From Candidatus Ligilactobacillus excrementigallinarum (GTDB lineage: Bacteria; Bacillota; Bacilli; Lactobacillales; Lactobacillaceae): DNA of 64,000 nucleotides. The position numbers and the translations under genes are program-made. The stretch spans positions 2,354-66,353 of the forward strand of contig DXFP01000007.1 of NCBI GenBank assembly GCA_019114385.1, given 5' to 3'. Each line of letters begins with the position of its first letter. Position 1 is the first letter of the stretch. The notes under the pieces are model-generated. The model did no database searches. It was not told the origin of the DNA and saw only the letters and a list, made by a program, of their open reading frames with translations. Shown here piece after piece: positions 20,748 to 29,443 of this stretch.

Positions 20748-21932
20748 TTAGCTATTGTTTGAATCGGCTCTTTCATCCTGCCTTTTAATCGCTGCCTTCA
20801 ACATAAATGGTGCGGCCAGCGTCGTCAAAATTATCACGAAAATCACACCAGAGTAGAATTCTGACGATAACAAATGTGCTTGAAAGCCAATCTGTGCAAT
20901 AATCAATGCCATTTCACCACGTGATACCATTCCTGAACCAATAATATTCATTGAATCAAAGTTCATCCCTAGCATCTTGGCACCTAAACCGCATCCAAGC
21001 CATTTAGTTAACAATGCTAATAACGTCAATGGGATGATGAACAATAAATCATCAATAAAACCTTTAAATGTCATGTTTAATCCAATGCTGACAAAGAACA
21101 TTGGAATGAACACTGCATACCCAATCGGTTCGATATTGGAATCAACTTCTTTTTTATATGGAGTTTGTGCAATTGCGACTCCTGCGAAAAATGATCCCAC
21201 AACATCGCTTAAGCCGACTTGTTCTGCCAACCATGCCATACTCAAGCATAAAACCAATGACATCAAAACTACTGAAGATGAAATTGACAACATTTCGCCA
21301 ATTTTCATCATCTTTGGAGCAATCCATTTGAATAAAAAATAAATCACTACAAAGTAAGCTGCATCCAATAAGAAACTCATTCCAAGGCTGCCCGATTGAT
21401 GTCCGCCTTGTGCACTGGCAACATTACTAAACATGCTGACTAACACACTTAAGATAATCACCGAAATAATATCATCAATAACGGCCGCCCCTAAAATCGT
21501 AGTCCCTTCCTTGGTATTTAATTTTTTCAATTCTTTCAACACTTCAACCGAAATTGAAACCGAAGTAGCTGAGAATGTTACCCCTAAAAAAATTGCCTGT
21601 TCATTATTAAAATGGAATAATTTACCAAAGAAATAGACAAGAACAATTGGAAAAATCACACCGCTAATCGCGACTGCAGTTGCCGGTTTTAGATATTTTT
21701 TAAGCATTCCTAAGTCACTTTCTAACCCAGCAATAAACATCAAAATAATTACACCAATTTCAGAAAAGAAGTGCATGAAGGCATTTTGATGAATCCAGCC
21801 TAACACTGCTGGGCCAAGCAAAATGCCGACTAATAACTGGCCAATTACTGCTGGAATCCCTATTCGCCGACTAAAATGCCCTGCAAATGCCGTGGTGATC
21901 AAAACTAAACTTAATGTGCCTAAGAATTCCAA
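20748..21932 (-). CDS. Cation:proton antiporter (CPA2, NapA/KefB-like membrane domain only)
   Basis: 394 aa with 11-12 TM segments and the Na+/H+ exchanger family pattern. TTG start lies 7 nt after AAAGGAAGG. Confidence 0.8.
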   Translation of the reverse strand: MEFLGTLSLVLITTAFAGHFSRRIGIPAVIGQLLVGILLGPAVLGWIHQNAFMHFFSEIGVIILMFIAGLESDLGMLKKYLKPATAVAISGVIFPIVLVYFFGKLFHFNNEQAIFLGVTFSATSVSISVEVLKELKKLNTKEGTTILGAAVIDDIISVIILSVLVSMFSNVASAQGGHQSGSLGMSFLLDAAYFVVIYFLFKWIAPKMMKIGEMLSISSSVVLMSLVLCLSMAWLAEQVGLSDVVGSFFAGVAIAQTPYKKEVDSNIEPIGYAVFIPMFFVSIGLNMTFKGFIDDLLFIIPLTLLALLTKWLGCGLGAKMLGMNFDSMNIIGSGMVSRGEMALIIAQIGFQAHLLSSEFYSGVIFVIILTTLAAPFMLKAAIKRQDERADSNNS

Positions 21933-22148
21933 AATGGAACCTTCCTTTCTTTCTCATCTCATAAAAAAAGAGAGTTTGCCTCAGGGTGACAAACTCCGCT
22001 CCGAACAAATATTACGCTTTTTATTGTACCATGTTGCCATTATTTTGTCATGTCAGGATATCATATTTCCGCAAAGAATATGCTTTCAAATGCCGTCATC
22101 ATCCGTCTATGTTATACTAAGACTAATCCGAAATGGGAGGAAAATAAT

Positions 22149-24566
22149 ATGAAAATTAACCAATTTGCTAGGGTCGATGCGCCCTTAGATGTTAAGATTC
22201 AAGAATTAAAAAAGATTAACTTTTATCCTGAACAAGCCGAAAGTTTGAGCTTAAATCAACTTTACTTATATTTTTTAGAAAAAGCATTGATTGAGGCTGA
22301 CAGTCAAGCTGTATTAACGCAAAAATTGCATGGTTTATTAGCAACTTCAACTCGTGATTTATATGATTACTTAGCTGAAAATGAAATTAACACAACTGTC
22401 TTTTATGCGGTTGCAATGCAATTACTAGAATTCGAAGTTGGTGTTGATTTCGATATCGATCAACCATTAAAGAAAATGGATGAATATCATTTATACCATC
22501 ATTCGGTCATTAGTACCAACCAAGATTTGATTAATGCTTGGTACTATTTACTTTGTACTCACACTAAAAATGGGCGAACATATCTGGATACCTTGGCTGC
22601 TAAAGGCTACTTTGTGCCATTCTGGGGAATGAACATCTCAGACAAACCATTAATTTTTAATGGCAAGGCTCAACCGGTTTTTGATACTTCAAAATTAATC
22701 CGGGAGGTCGTTTACGTCGAATCATCCCTTGATACCGATCATGATGGCAAGCGGGACTTATTAAAAGCAGAAATCATTCGGCCTGTCGATACTGAATTGG
22801 GTTTAAAAGTGCCGGCCTTATACACTGCGAGTCCATATAATCAAGGGACAAACGACCACGCAGCAGATCAAATGATGCACAATGTCAACGTTCCTTTGAA
22901 ACATAAAGAACCTAATAATTTAAGTTACTCAGATATTGAATATCATGCAGAAGAACCTGATTTACCTCCTGCACGCAAAGTTAATGGTGAATCTAAAGCA
23001 GCCGAAGAAACATTTGGTCATGCTAAATCCGTTACACTGAATGATTATTTTCTTGCACGGGGCTTTGCCGTTGTATATGCTGCGGGAATCGGCACAATGG
23101 ATTCCGATGGTGAACGGACTTGCGGTTCAAAGGAAGAAACATTGTCCACTACCGCAATCATTGAATGGTTAGCTGGAAAACGCAAAGCCTTCACAAATAA
23201 AACCGATAACATCGAAATCAAAGCTTGGTGGTGTAATGGTTCAGTTGCCATGACTGGTAAATCATACTTAGGAACTTTAGCAACTGCTGCCGCAACTACT
23301 GGAGTAGAAGGATTAAAGACAATTATTTCTGAAGCCGCAATTTCAAGCTGGTATGACTATTATCGCGATGGCGGTTTAGTTATCGCTCCCGGCGGCTTTC
23401 CTGGCGAAGATGCTGATATCTTGGCTGAAGAATGTTTTAGTCGGCAAAAACAAGCCGGTGATTATCTCAAGTGCAAAGCACAATTTAACAAAGATTTAGC
23501 ACAAATTAAGCATGATCAAGATCGTAACACTGGTGATTACAATCAATTCTGGGATGCTCGCAATTATTTGAAAGACATTGGCAACATTAAGTGCGACGTT
23601 ATCATGGTTCACGGGTTAAATGACTGGAATGTCAAACCGCGCAACGTCTACAACTTATACCGTGAATTAGATAAGCTGCCTGTCCACAAGAAGCTTTTCT
23701 TGCACCAAGGACAGCACATCTATATCAACAATTTCCAATCATTGGATTTCACCGACATGATGAACTTATGGTTAACTAACAAATTGTATGGTGTTGAAAA
23801 TCACGCCAACGAATTATTACCTGATGTTTGCGTTCAAGATAATAGCACTGAAGAAACTTGGCATACCTTCTCTGGTTGGCACACAGAAATGCCGATTAAA
23901 CACAAATACCATTTTGCAGTTGACCAATTAACTGAAGAAGCGGGTCAAGAAATAAGTGAAAGTTTCTCCGATCAATTACCTGATAAAGATTTTCAATTTT
24001 ATCAAAAGAACTGGAATCAATGGCGAGCTGATTTATTAAGTAGTGATAATCAAAAGTTGCAAGCCAATCGATTAATTTATAAAACTGATAAATTGGCAAA
24101 CGATATCTACTTGCAAGGCTGCCCGCATGTTAAATTACGCGTAGCAAGCAACCAAGATAAAGGAATGTTAAGCTTCATGCTCGTTGATTTTGGAAAAGCC
24201 AAACGCTTAGGCGAAGTTCCTGCAACTTTAGGAATCAAAGCATTGGATGCCGGCTATCACTGGCAAGAAGATGATTTGAAAGAATTCAAATTAACTAAAG
24301 AAACTCCATGGAAAATGATCACTAAAGGTCACATTAACCTGCAAAATCGCGAGCATCCATGGAAAACAGATGACTTGAAACCAAATGAATTCTATGATGT
24401 TGAACTTGATTTACAGCCAATGTTCTACCACCTGCTTAAAGGTCACCAGTTAGGTTTAGTAATCTATTCAACTGACATGGAAATGACCGTTCGTGGCAAC
24501 GAAGACTTGCAATACACTTTGCAATTGAATAATTGCCAATTAGATGTTACTTATGAAGAATTATAA
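22149..24566 (+). CDS. pepX: Xaa-Pro dipeptidyl-peptidase (S15)
   Basis: DTDHDGK, PALYTASPY and the nucleophile motif GKSYLG. Start set to ATG 22149 (MKINQFARV...) after RBS GGGAGG; the ORF-track start at 22050 has no RBS. Confidence 0.93.
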   Translation: MKINQFARVDAPLDVKIQELKKINFYPEQAESLSLNQLYLYFLEKALIEADSQAVLTQKLHGLLATSTRDLYDYLAENEINTTVFYAVAMQLLEFEVGVDFDIDQPLKKMDEYHLYHHSVISTNQDLINAWYYLLCTHTKNGRTYLDTLAAKGYFVPFWGMNISDKPLIFNGKAQPVFDTSKLIREVVYVESSLDTDHDGKRDLLKAEIIRPVDTELGLKVPALYTASPYNQGTNDHAADQMMHNVNVPLKHKEPNNLSYSDIEYHAEEPDLPPARKVNGESKAAEETFGHAKSVTLNDYFLARGFAVVYAAGIGTMDSDGERTCGSKEETLSTTAIIEWLAGKRKAFTNKTDNIEIKAWWCNGSVAMTGKSYLGTLATAAATTGVEGLKTIISEAAISSWYDYYRDGGLVIAPGGFPGEDADILAEECFSRQKQAGDYLKCKAQFNKDLAQIKHDQDRNTGDYNQFWDARNYLKDIGNIKCDVIMVHGLNDWNVKPRNVYNLYRELDKLPVHKKLFLHQGQHIYINNFQSLDFTDMMNLWLTNKLYGVENHANELLPDVCVQDNSTEETWHTFSGWHTEMPIKHKYHFAVDQLTEEAGQEISESFSDQLPDKDFQFYQKNWNQWRADLLSSDNQKLQANRLIYKTDKLANDIYLQGCPHVKLRVASNQDKGMLSFMLVDFGKAKRLGEVPATLGIKALDAGYHWQEDDLKEFKLTKETPWKMITKGHINLQNREHPWKTDDLKPNEFYDVELDLQPMFYHLLKGHQLGLVIYSTDMEMTVRGNEDLQYTLQLNNCQLDVTYEEL

Positions 24567-24581
24567 TTAATTTAGATATAA

Positions 24582-24724
24582 AAACAGGCATGTCGTAAAA
24601 AAAAGCTGAACGAATTACGTAGGATTAATTCGGAGGTTTTTAAATTTACAGACATGTCTGTTTGTTTTGGAACCCGATTATGCAGATACAAAAATAGAGG
24701 TTGGACTTATGTCACAACCTCTTT
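24582..24724 (+). repeat. Family-1 repeat, copy D (sense to pepX; left hairpin missing)
   Basis: AAACAGGCATGTCG...GAACGAATTACGTAGGATTAATTCGGAG...ACAGACATGTCTGTTTGTTTTGGAACCCGATTATGCAGATACAAAAATAGAGGTTGGACTTATGTCACAACCTCT. Confidence 0.9.
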
Positions 24725-24758
24725 GTTATAATCAAATCACAAATGATGTTCCTATTTT

Positions 24759-27005
24759 TTAGTTTCTCTTCCGCTTGTATCCTAAGCCAAAACTTGCAAG
24801 TACTGCTGAGATACCTAATGCAATTTCGCCGAATAAGCTTGTGTTTTCAGTTTGTTCACCAGTTTGTGGCATTGAACTTGCCATCTTCTTATCAGCAGTC
24901 TTTGTTTCTGCTGCTTGTAATTCTGGAGTAACAACATCAGCTTTAACTACATTTGAATTATGTTTTCTAAGTGTATAATTATTGCCAATTTCTGCTGTAT
25001 TCATTGGATGACTTACATTAGTTGTTTCCATCTCAGTAGTTGCTGAACTTGCTTGATTGTAAGCTTGTTCTGCACGTGCTAATTGACTATTGGCATTTGC
25101 AAGTGCTTGCTTAGCTGATGCTAAGTTCTTTTTAGCAGTTTCAAGAGTTTTCTTAGCTTGTTCTAATTTAGCAGGTGCATTCTTATAGTCATTCATTGTA
25201 TTTTCAAGATTACTCAATTTCTTCTCATCATTAGCGAGTTGAGCTTCATCTTTAGCTAACTTGTCCTTTAAGCTGTTAAGTTTGTCGTTTGCTTGGTCAT
25301 AAGCCGTTTGAGCAGTCTTAACATCTTGTTGAGCATTTGCTAAATCTTTTTCATCATTAGCAAGTTTCTTTTGTGCTTCTGGTAATAACTTAGCAGCATT
25401 TGCTTGTTCTGCTTCGTCATTTTGAAGTTGCTTTTGATCATTAGCCAATGAAGCTTGATCATCTGATAATTTCTTTTGAGCATTTGCTAAAGTCGTATTA
25501 GCATTATTTAATGCTTGGTTAGCACTATCAGCAGAACTCTTAGCTTGATTATAAGCATTTTGAGCTTGATTTACTTGGTTTTGATCTTGTTCAACAACAC
25601 TATTAGCCTTGTTTAATTCACTTTGAAGTTTGCTTTGTTGTTCTTCAAGCTTCTTTAAATCTGATGATTGCGAGTCTGCAATATTATATTGTGAGATTGA
25701 ACCTGTACCAAAATCAAAGTGAATATTACCAAATTTATCAATAGCAACACCCAAGCCTTCATCTTTCCGACCTGAAGTATTTGCTGTTTCTTGAGCATGA
25801 CCCCAATTCTCTGTAGCATCGTTAAACAAGAAACTCTTTACAGCATCATATACGTCTTCTTTAACTGTGTTCATCGTATATTTCTTTGAAAGATTAAAGG
25901 ATTCTGTAGGCCACCAAGGTCCTAAGTTTTCTCCAAACCACATTAAACTACTATCATTATTGAATGTATTGCTCAATGCAGAAGCATCATGACCTGAACT
26001 TACACCATCTTTATATGCATCAGCAGCGATTTGATTAGCAAAATCAATCATATGCGTATTTGCACTTACAGTTGGTTCACCCATTTGTTGGCGAACCTGA
26101 TTTATTAAATCAGCTGCATATTCAGTGATTTCTTCTTGTTGTTCTTTTGTTAAGTTAGTAGGATCAACATTGTAATTATCTTTATCATTAGGAACAAAAT
26201 CATTAATATTCATTCCTGTATTGGCAACCGTATCAGAAATATTGCCATTTGATAATGCTTGCGAAGTATAACCTGTTGGAACCTTGATTCCATTTGTTAA
26301 CGATTGAATTTGACTATTTACGTTATTCAAATCATTTTGAATTGAATTAGCTTTATTTTTATCGTTATTTAATTTATTTTGGGCGTTGTCTAATGAACTT
26401 TGAGCACTTTGTTCTTTTGAGTTAGCATCATTAGCATTCTTTTGTGCTGTCTGTTGTGCTTGCTTATCTGAATTTACTTGTGATTGGTCATTAGCAACAT
26501 TTTGTTTATCTTGTGCGACCTTATTCTTATCGTTATTTACAACTGAACCAATGTTTTGTAATTTACTTACTTGATCCTTATCAGCATTAACTTGACTTTG
26601 TGCTTGGCTTTCTTTGCTTTGAGCATTTATTAAGTCTTGTTTCTTTTGATCTGTAACTGATTGTTGTGAACTTACAGCTGATTTATCTGAAGCAACTGTT
26701 TGTTTGTCTTGATTTACTTTGCTTTGTTGTGAAGCGATTTGACTTTGAACAGTATCAGTGTTCTTGTTAGCTTCATTAACTGTGTTTTGAGCTGAGTTCA
26801 CATCAGCTTGTGCTTGATTTACTTGATTTTGTGACTTGTTAACGTTTACTTGAGCAGCAACCGTTTTTGAAGAATTTGCCTTTTGTACTTCCTGTGTTGT
26901 ATTAGTTTTCACAGTATCAGCATTTGCTGTAGTATTTACCGCCATCCCTGTGGCAGCTACAGCAGTTCCTAATGCAATTGATGTGAGTACCTTTTTATTT
27001 TTCAT
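24759..27005 (-). CDS. Cell-wall-anchored SEC10/PgrA surface-exclusion-domain protein with coiled-coil stalks
   Basis: Signal peptide MKNKKVLTSIALGTAVAATGMAVNTTANA. Long Q/N/K-rich heptad regions flank a central globular domain. C-terminal sorting signal MPQTGE plus a hydrophobic stretch plus KRKRN. Confidence 0.8.
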   Translation of the reverse strand: MKNKKVLTSIALGTAVAATGMAVNTTANADTVKTNTTQEVQKANSSKTVAAQVNVNKSQNQVNQAQADVNSAQNTVNEANKNTDTVQSQIASQQSKVNQDKQTVASDKSAVSSQQSVTDQKKQDLINAQSKESQAQSQVNADKDQVSKLQNIGSVVNNDKNKVAQDKQNVANDQSQVNSDKQAQQTAQKNANDANSKEQSAQSSLDNAQNKLNNDKNKANSIQNDLNNVNSQIQSLTNGIKVPTGYTSQALSNGNISDTVANTGMNINDFVPNDKDNYNVDPTNLTKEQQEEITEYAADLINQVRQQMGEPTVSANTHMIDFANQIAADAYKDGVSSGHDASALSNTFNNDSSLMWFGENLGPWWPTESFNLSKKYTMNTVKEDVYDAVKSFLFNDATENWGHAQETANTSGRKDEGLGVAIDKFGNIHFDFGTGSISQYNIADSQSSDLKKLEEQQSKLQSELNKANSVVEQDQNQVNQAQNAYNQAKSSADSANQALNNANTTLANAQKKLSDDQASLANDQKQLQNDEAEQANAAKLLPEAQKKLANDEKDLANAQQDVKTAQTAYDQANDKLNSLKDKLAKDEAQLANDEKKLSNLENTMNDYKNAPAKLEQAKKTLETAKKNLASAKQALANANSQLARAEQAYNQASSATTEMETTNVSHPMNTAEIGNNYTLRKHNSNVVKADVVTPELQAAETKTADKKMASSMPQTGEQTENTSLFGEIALGISAVLASFGLGYKRKRN

Positions 27006-27045
27006 TATATAAACCCTCTTTTTTATTTTTTGTTTTCAAGAAGGA

Positions 27046-27075
27046 ATTTTACCCCCCCATTTTCGAAAAAGTCAA
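27046..27075 (-). promoter_or_regulatory. Predicted promoter of the SEC10/PgrA gene with a G7 tract in the spacer
   Basis: Minus strand TTGACT-ttttcgaaaatGGGGGGG-TAAAAT. The spacer is 18 nt and its last 7 nt are the G-run (C7 at 27052-27058 on the plus strand). Confidence 0.55.
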
Positions 27076-27282
27076 TCTGCATTTACGAACATTTCTTACT
27101 TATTATCGCACTATTTGTTATCTATTTTTGTTAATTATTCATAAATGTTGAAAAAATAAGTAAACATTAACCTAAAACACCAACTTAAATATTCCATTTA
27201 TTTCGAATATCAGTTAAAATATTTTAACATTATCTAAGTTATCAATTTCTTAACTATTTAAAAACTAAATTAAAAAGACTGC

Positions 27283-27310
27283 GACATTTGCCACAGTCTT
27301 GTTGCTATCT
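27283..27310 (-). terminator. Intrinsic terminator downstream of the DUF4097 gene
   Basis: Minus strand AAGACTG-tggcaaatgtcg-CAGTCTT followed by TTTAATTT. Confidence 0.65.
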
Positions 27311-27359
27311 CAATATAAAACCAACTTATTATATTAAACAAACACATTATTTTTATTAA

Positions 27360-28211
27360 TTAATCTTCATTTCTTGATATCTCAATATCCTTATAAACGT
27401 CCAGATGACCGGCTGTTGTTAAGAATGTAGCGCCTGCCATGCCTTGTTCATGCATTGGTAAACCTTTTACCACGGCAGGATTTTCCAAATCATTGCCGCG
27501 CACTGCTGCAATCGTAATCGTTGGTGCCGTAATTGCCTTCAACGACAGGTCACCGACATCCGTGGTCAATTTAAAGTCTCCAGTAACTTTAAAATTACGA
27601 ACGCGGACATCGCCACTTCCTAGGGTGATCAAACCATCGTGCATTTCCATATTAATCATCTTCAAGTCGCCTTCGTTAATTGAAGCCGTGATATTATCCA
27701 ACAAATTGACTTGATCAATCATTACAGATCCTGTTATATCATCTAAGATCATTTTTTGAATATCAGTCATTTTCATCACTAAATTGCTATCCTTGGAAGC
27801 CATCTTGAATTGTTCAATCTTTGAATATGCAATTGTAACTGCACCCGAACCAGTTGTTAAACTCAATTCTGGCAAGGTAACATTGCTAACTGCCACATCG
27901 CCTGAATTTACTTTAGCCGTTAATTTTTCAAAATTTTTCTTTGGCAATGATACTTCCAAGCGGCGTTTCCCAATCATAAACTTGAATGCCATAGAATGCT
28001 TCCAACCCTTTAAGCCGCGTTTTTCTTTAATTTTCAATGTCGTTCCGTCTTGCTTTAATTCCAAACGTGCATGGTCATTCTTTTCATCATAATAAATGAT
28101 TCCGGGATGCTCATCTTGTCGGATTACCAAGTCTGTTCCTGTTAAATCAATCACTAACTTCTTAAATTGATCAACATCAAATACATGTGCGAATTGCTTT
28201 TTATCAAACAC
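27360..28211 (-). CDS. DUF4097-domain protein (beta-helix 'putative adhesin' family)
   Basis: Repetitive beta-strand pattern (GDV/GDL...V repeats). Start is uncertain: GTG 28211 lies 7 nt after GAGGG and is preferred over the ORF-track TTG 28235, which lacks an RBS. Confidence 0.6.
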   Translation of the reverse strand: MFDKKQFAHVFDVDQFKKLVIDLTGTDLVIRQDEHPGIIYYDEKNDHARLELKQDGTTLKIKEKRGLKGWKHSMAFKFMIGKRRLEVSLPKKNFEKLTAKVNSGDVAVSNVTLPELSLTTGSGAVTIAYSKIEQFKMASKDSNLVMKMTDIQKMILDDITGSVMIDQVNLLDNITASINEGDLKMINMEMHDGLITLGSGDVRVRNFKVTGDFKLTTDVGDLSLKAITAPTITIAAVRGNDLENPAVVKGLPMHEQGMAGATFLTTAGHLDVYKDIEISRNED

Positions 28212-28325
28212 ACTATCACCCTCTCGTAAATTCAATTTTCTGCTTCAATTCCATTATAACATTAAGCACAGATTAAAAATTAGTGCTACAATTAAATTAA
28301 TTTAATATGAAATTAGGTGAATTTA

Positions 28326-29231
28326 ATGCGTGAAGGAACAAAAATCATTACATTAGATAATGGTTACCACATTTGGACACATACAACAGGTCAAGGCGAC
28401 ATCAAGTTACTTTGCTTGCACGGTGGACCTGGCGGCAACCATGAATATTGGGAAAACTTTGGGGAAGAATTATCTGATTTGGGCGTTCAAGTTACAATGT
28501 ACGACCAATTAGGTTCATGGTACTCAGACCAACCAGATTATTCAGATCCTGAAATTGCTGAAAAATATCTTACATATGATTACTACCTTGAAGAATTAGA
28601 AGAATTACGCCAAAAATTAGGATTAGACAACTTCTACTTGATTGGTCAATCATGGGGCGGTGCCTTAGCCATGATGTACGCTTTGAAGTATGGCCAACAC
28701 TTGAAAGGGTTAATTATTTCATCAATGGTTGATAACATCGATGAATACTTGGAACGCATCAACTACTTGCGTGAAAAGACATTAACACCCGAAGCAGTTG
28801 CATACATGAAAGAATGCGAAGCTAAGAACGACTTAGACAATGCTCGTTACCAAGGCTATGTTGATGTCTTAAACCGTGAATACGTTGATCGCCGTCAACC
28901 AGAAGCTATTCGCCACTTAGTAGCCACAATGGCAACTCCTGTATACAATGCTTTCCAAGGTAATAACGAATTCGTTGTTACAGGCAAGTTAAAAGAATGG
29001 GATATTCGCGATCGGATGAAAGACATTAAAGTTCCTACATTGTTAACTTTTGGTGAACACGAAACTATGCCGCTTAAGTCAGCACGTCGGATGGCTGCAG
29101 ATATTCCACACGCTCGGTTGGAAACAACTCCTGGCGGCGGCCATCACCACATGATGGATAATCCTCCTGTATACTTCGCTCACTTGAAGAAGTTCTTGCA
29201 TGACGTTGAGACAGATAATTTTAACGATTAA
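28326..29231 (+). CDS. Proline iminopeptidase-family serine peptidase (PepR/PepI-like, S33)
   Basis: HGGPGG oxyanion motif and GQSWGG nucleophile elbow. ATG 28326 (MREGTKI...) follows TAGGTG; the ORF-track GTG 28317 overlaps that RBS. Confidence 0.85.
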   Translation: MREGTKIITLDNGYHIWTHTTGQGDIKLLCLHGGPGGNHEYWENFGEELSDLGVQVTMYDQLGSWYSDQPDYSDPEIAEKYLTYDYYLEELEELRQKLGLDNFYLIGQSWGGALAMMYALKYGQHLKGLIISSMVDNIDEYLERINYLREKTLTPEAVAYMKECEAKNDLDNARYQGYVDVLNREYVDRRQPEAIRHLVATMATPVYNAFQGNNEFVVTGKLKEWDIRDRMKDIKVPTLLTFGEHETMPLKSARRMAADIPHARLETTPGGGHHHMMDNPPVYFAHLKKFLHDVETDNFND

Positions 29232-29282
29232 AATACGTAAAGCTTAAATCAATCGTGATGTAAACGACTAATATGTCAACTA

Positions 29283-29326
29283 ATCTCCCTAACTATCACC
29301 TTTATGATAGCTAGGGAGATTTTTTC
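29283..29326 (+). terminator. Intrinsic terminator of the peptidase gene
   Basis: ATCTCCCTAACTATCA-ccttta-TGATAGCTAGGGAGAT followed by TTTTTT. Confidence 0.85.
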
Positions 29327-29443
29327 AACTCTTCTTTGCTTTGCACTTTTATTAACGAATTATTTCGCTTTAATGAAAACTATTCACATTACTTTCAAAA
29401 GTGGTAAAATATTTTTGTTTATATAGTATTGGAGAGTTTTATA

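Noticed and set aside
22050-22148. N-terminal extensions offered by the ORF track (pepX 22050, xpt 9428, adhesin 51249, rtpR 43195, fructokinase 33229, srtA 52224, cbiM 62875 and others)
   Set aside because: In each case a downstream ATG is preceded by a proper Shine-Dalgarno sequence at 5-9 nt and gives the family-typical N-terminus. The longer versions lack an RBS or run through regulatory RNA structures.
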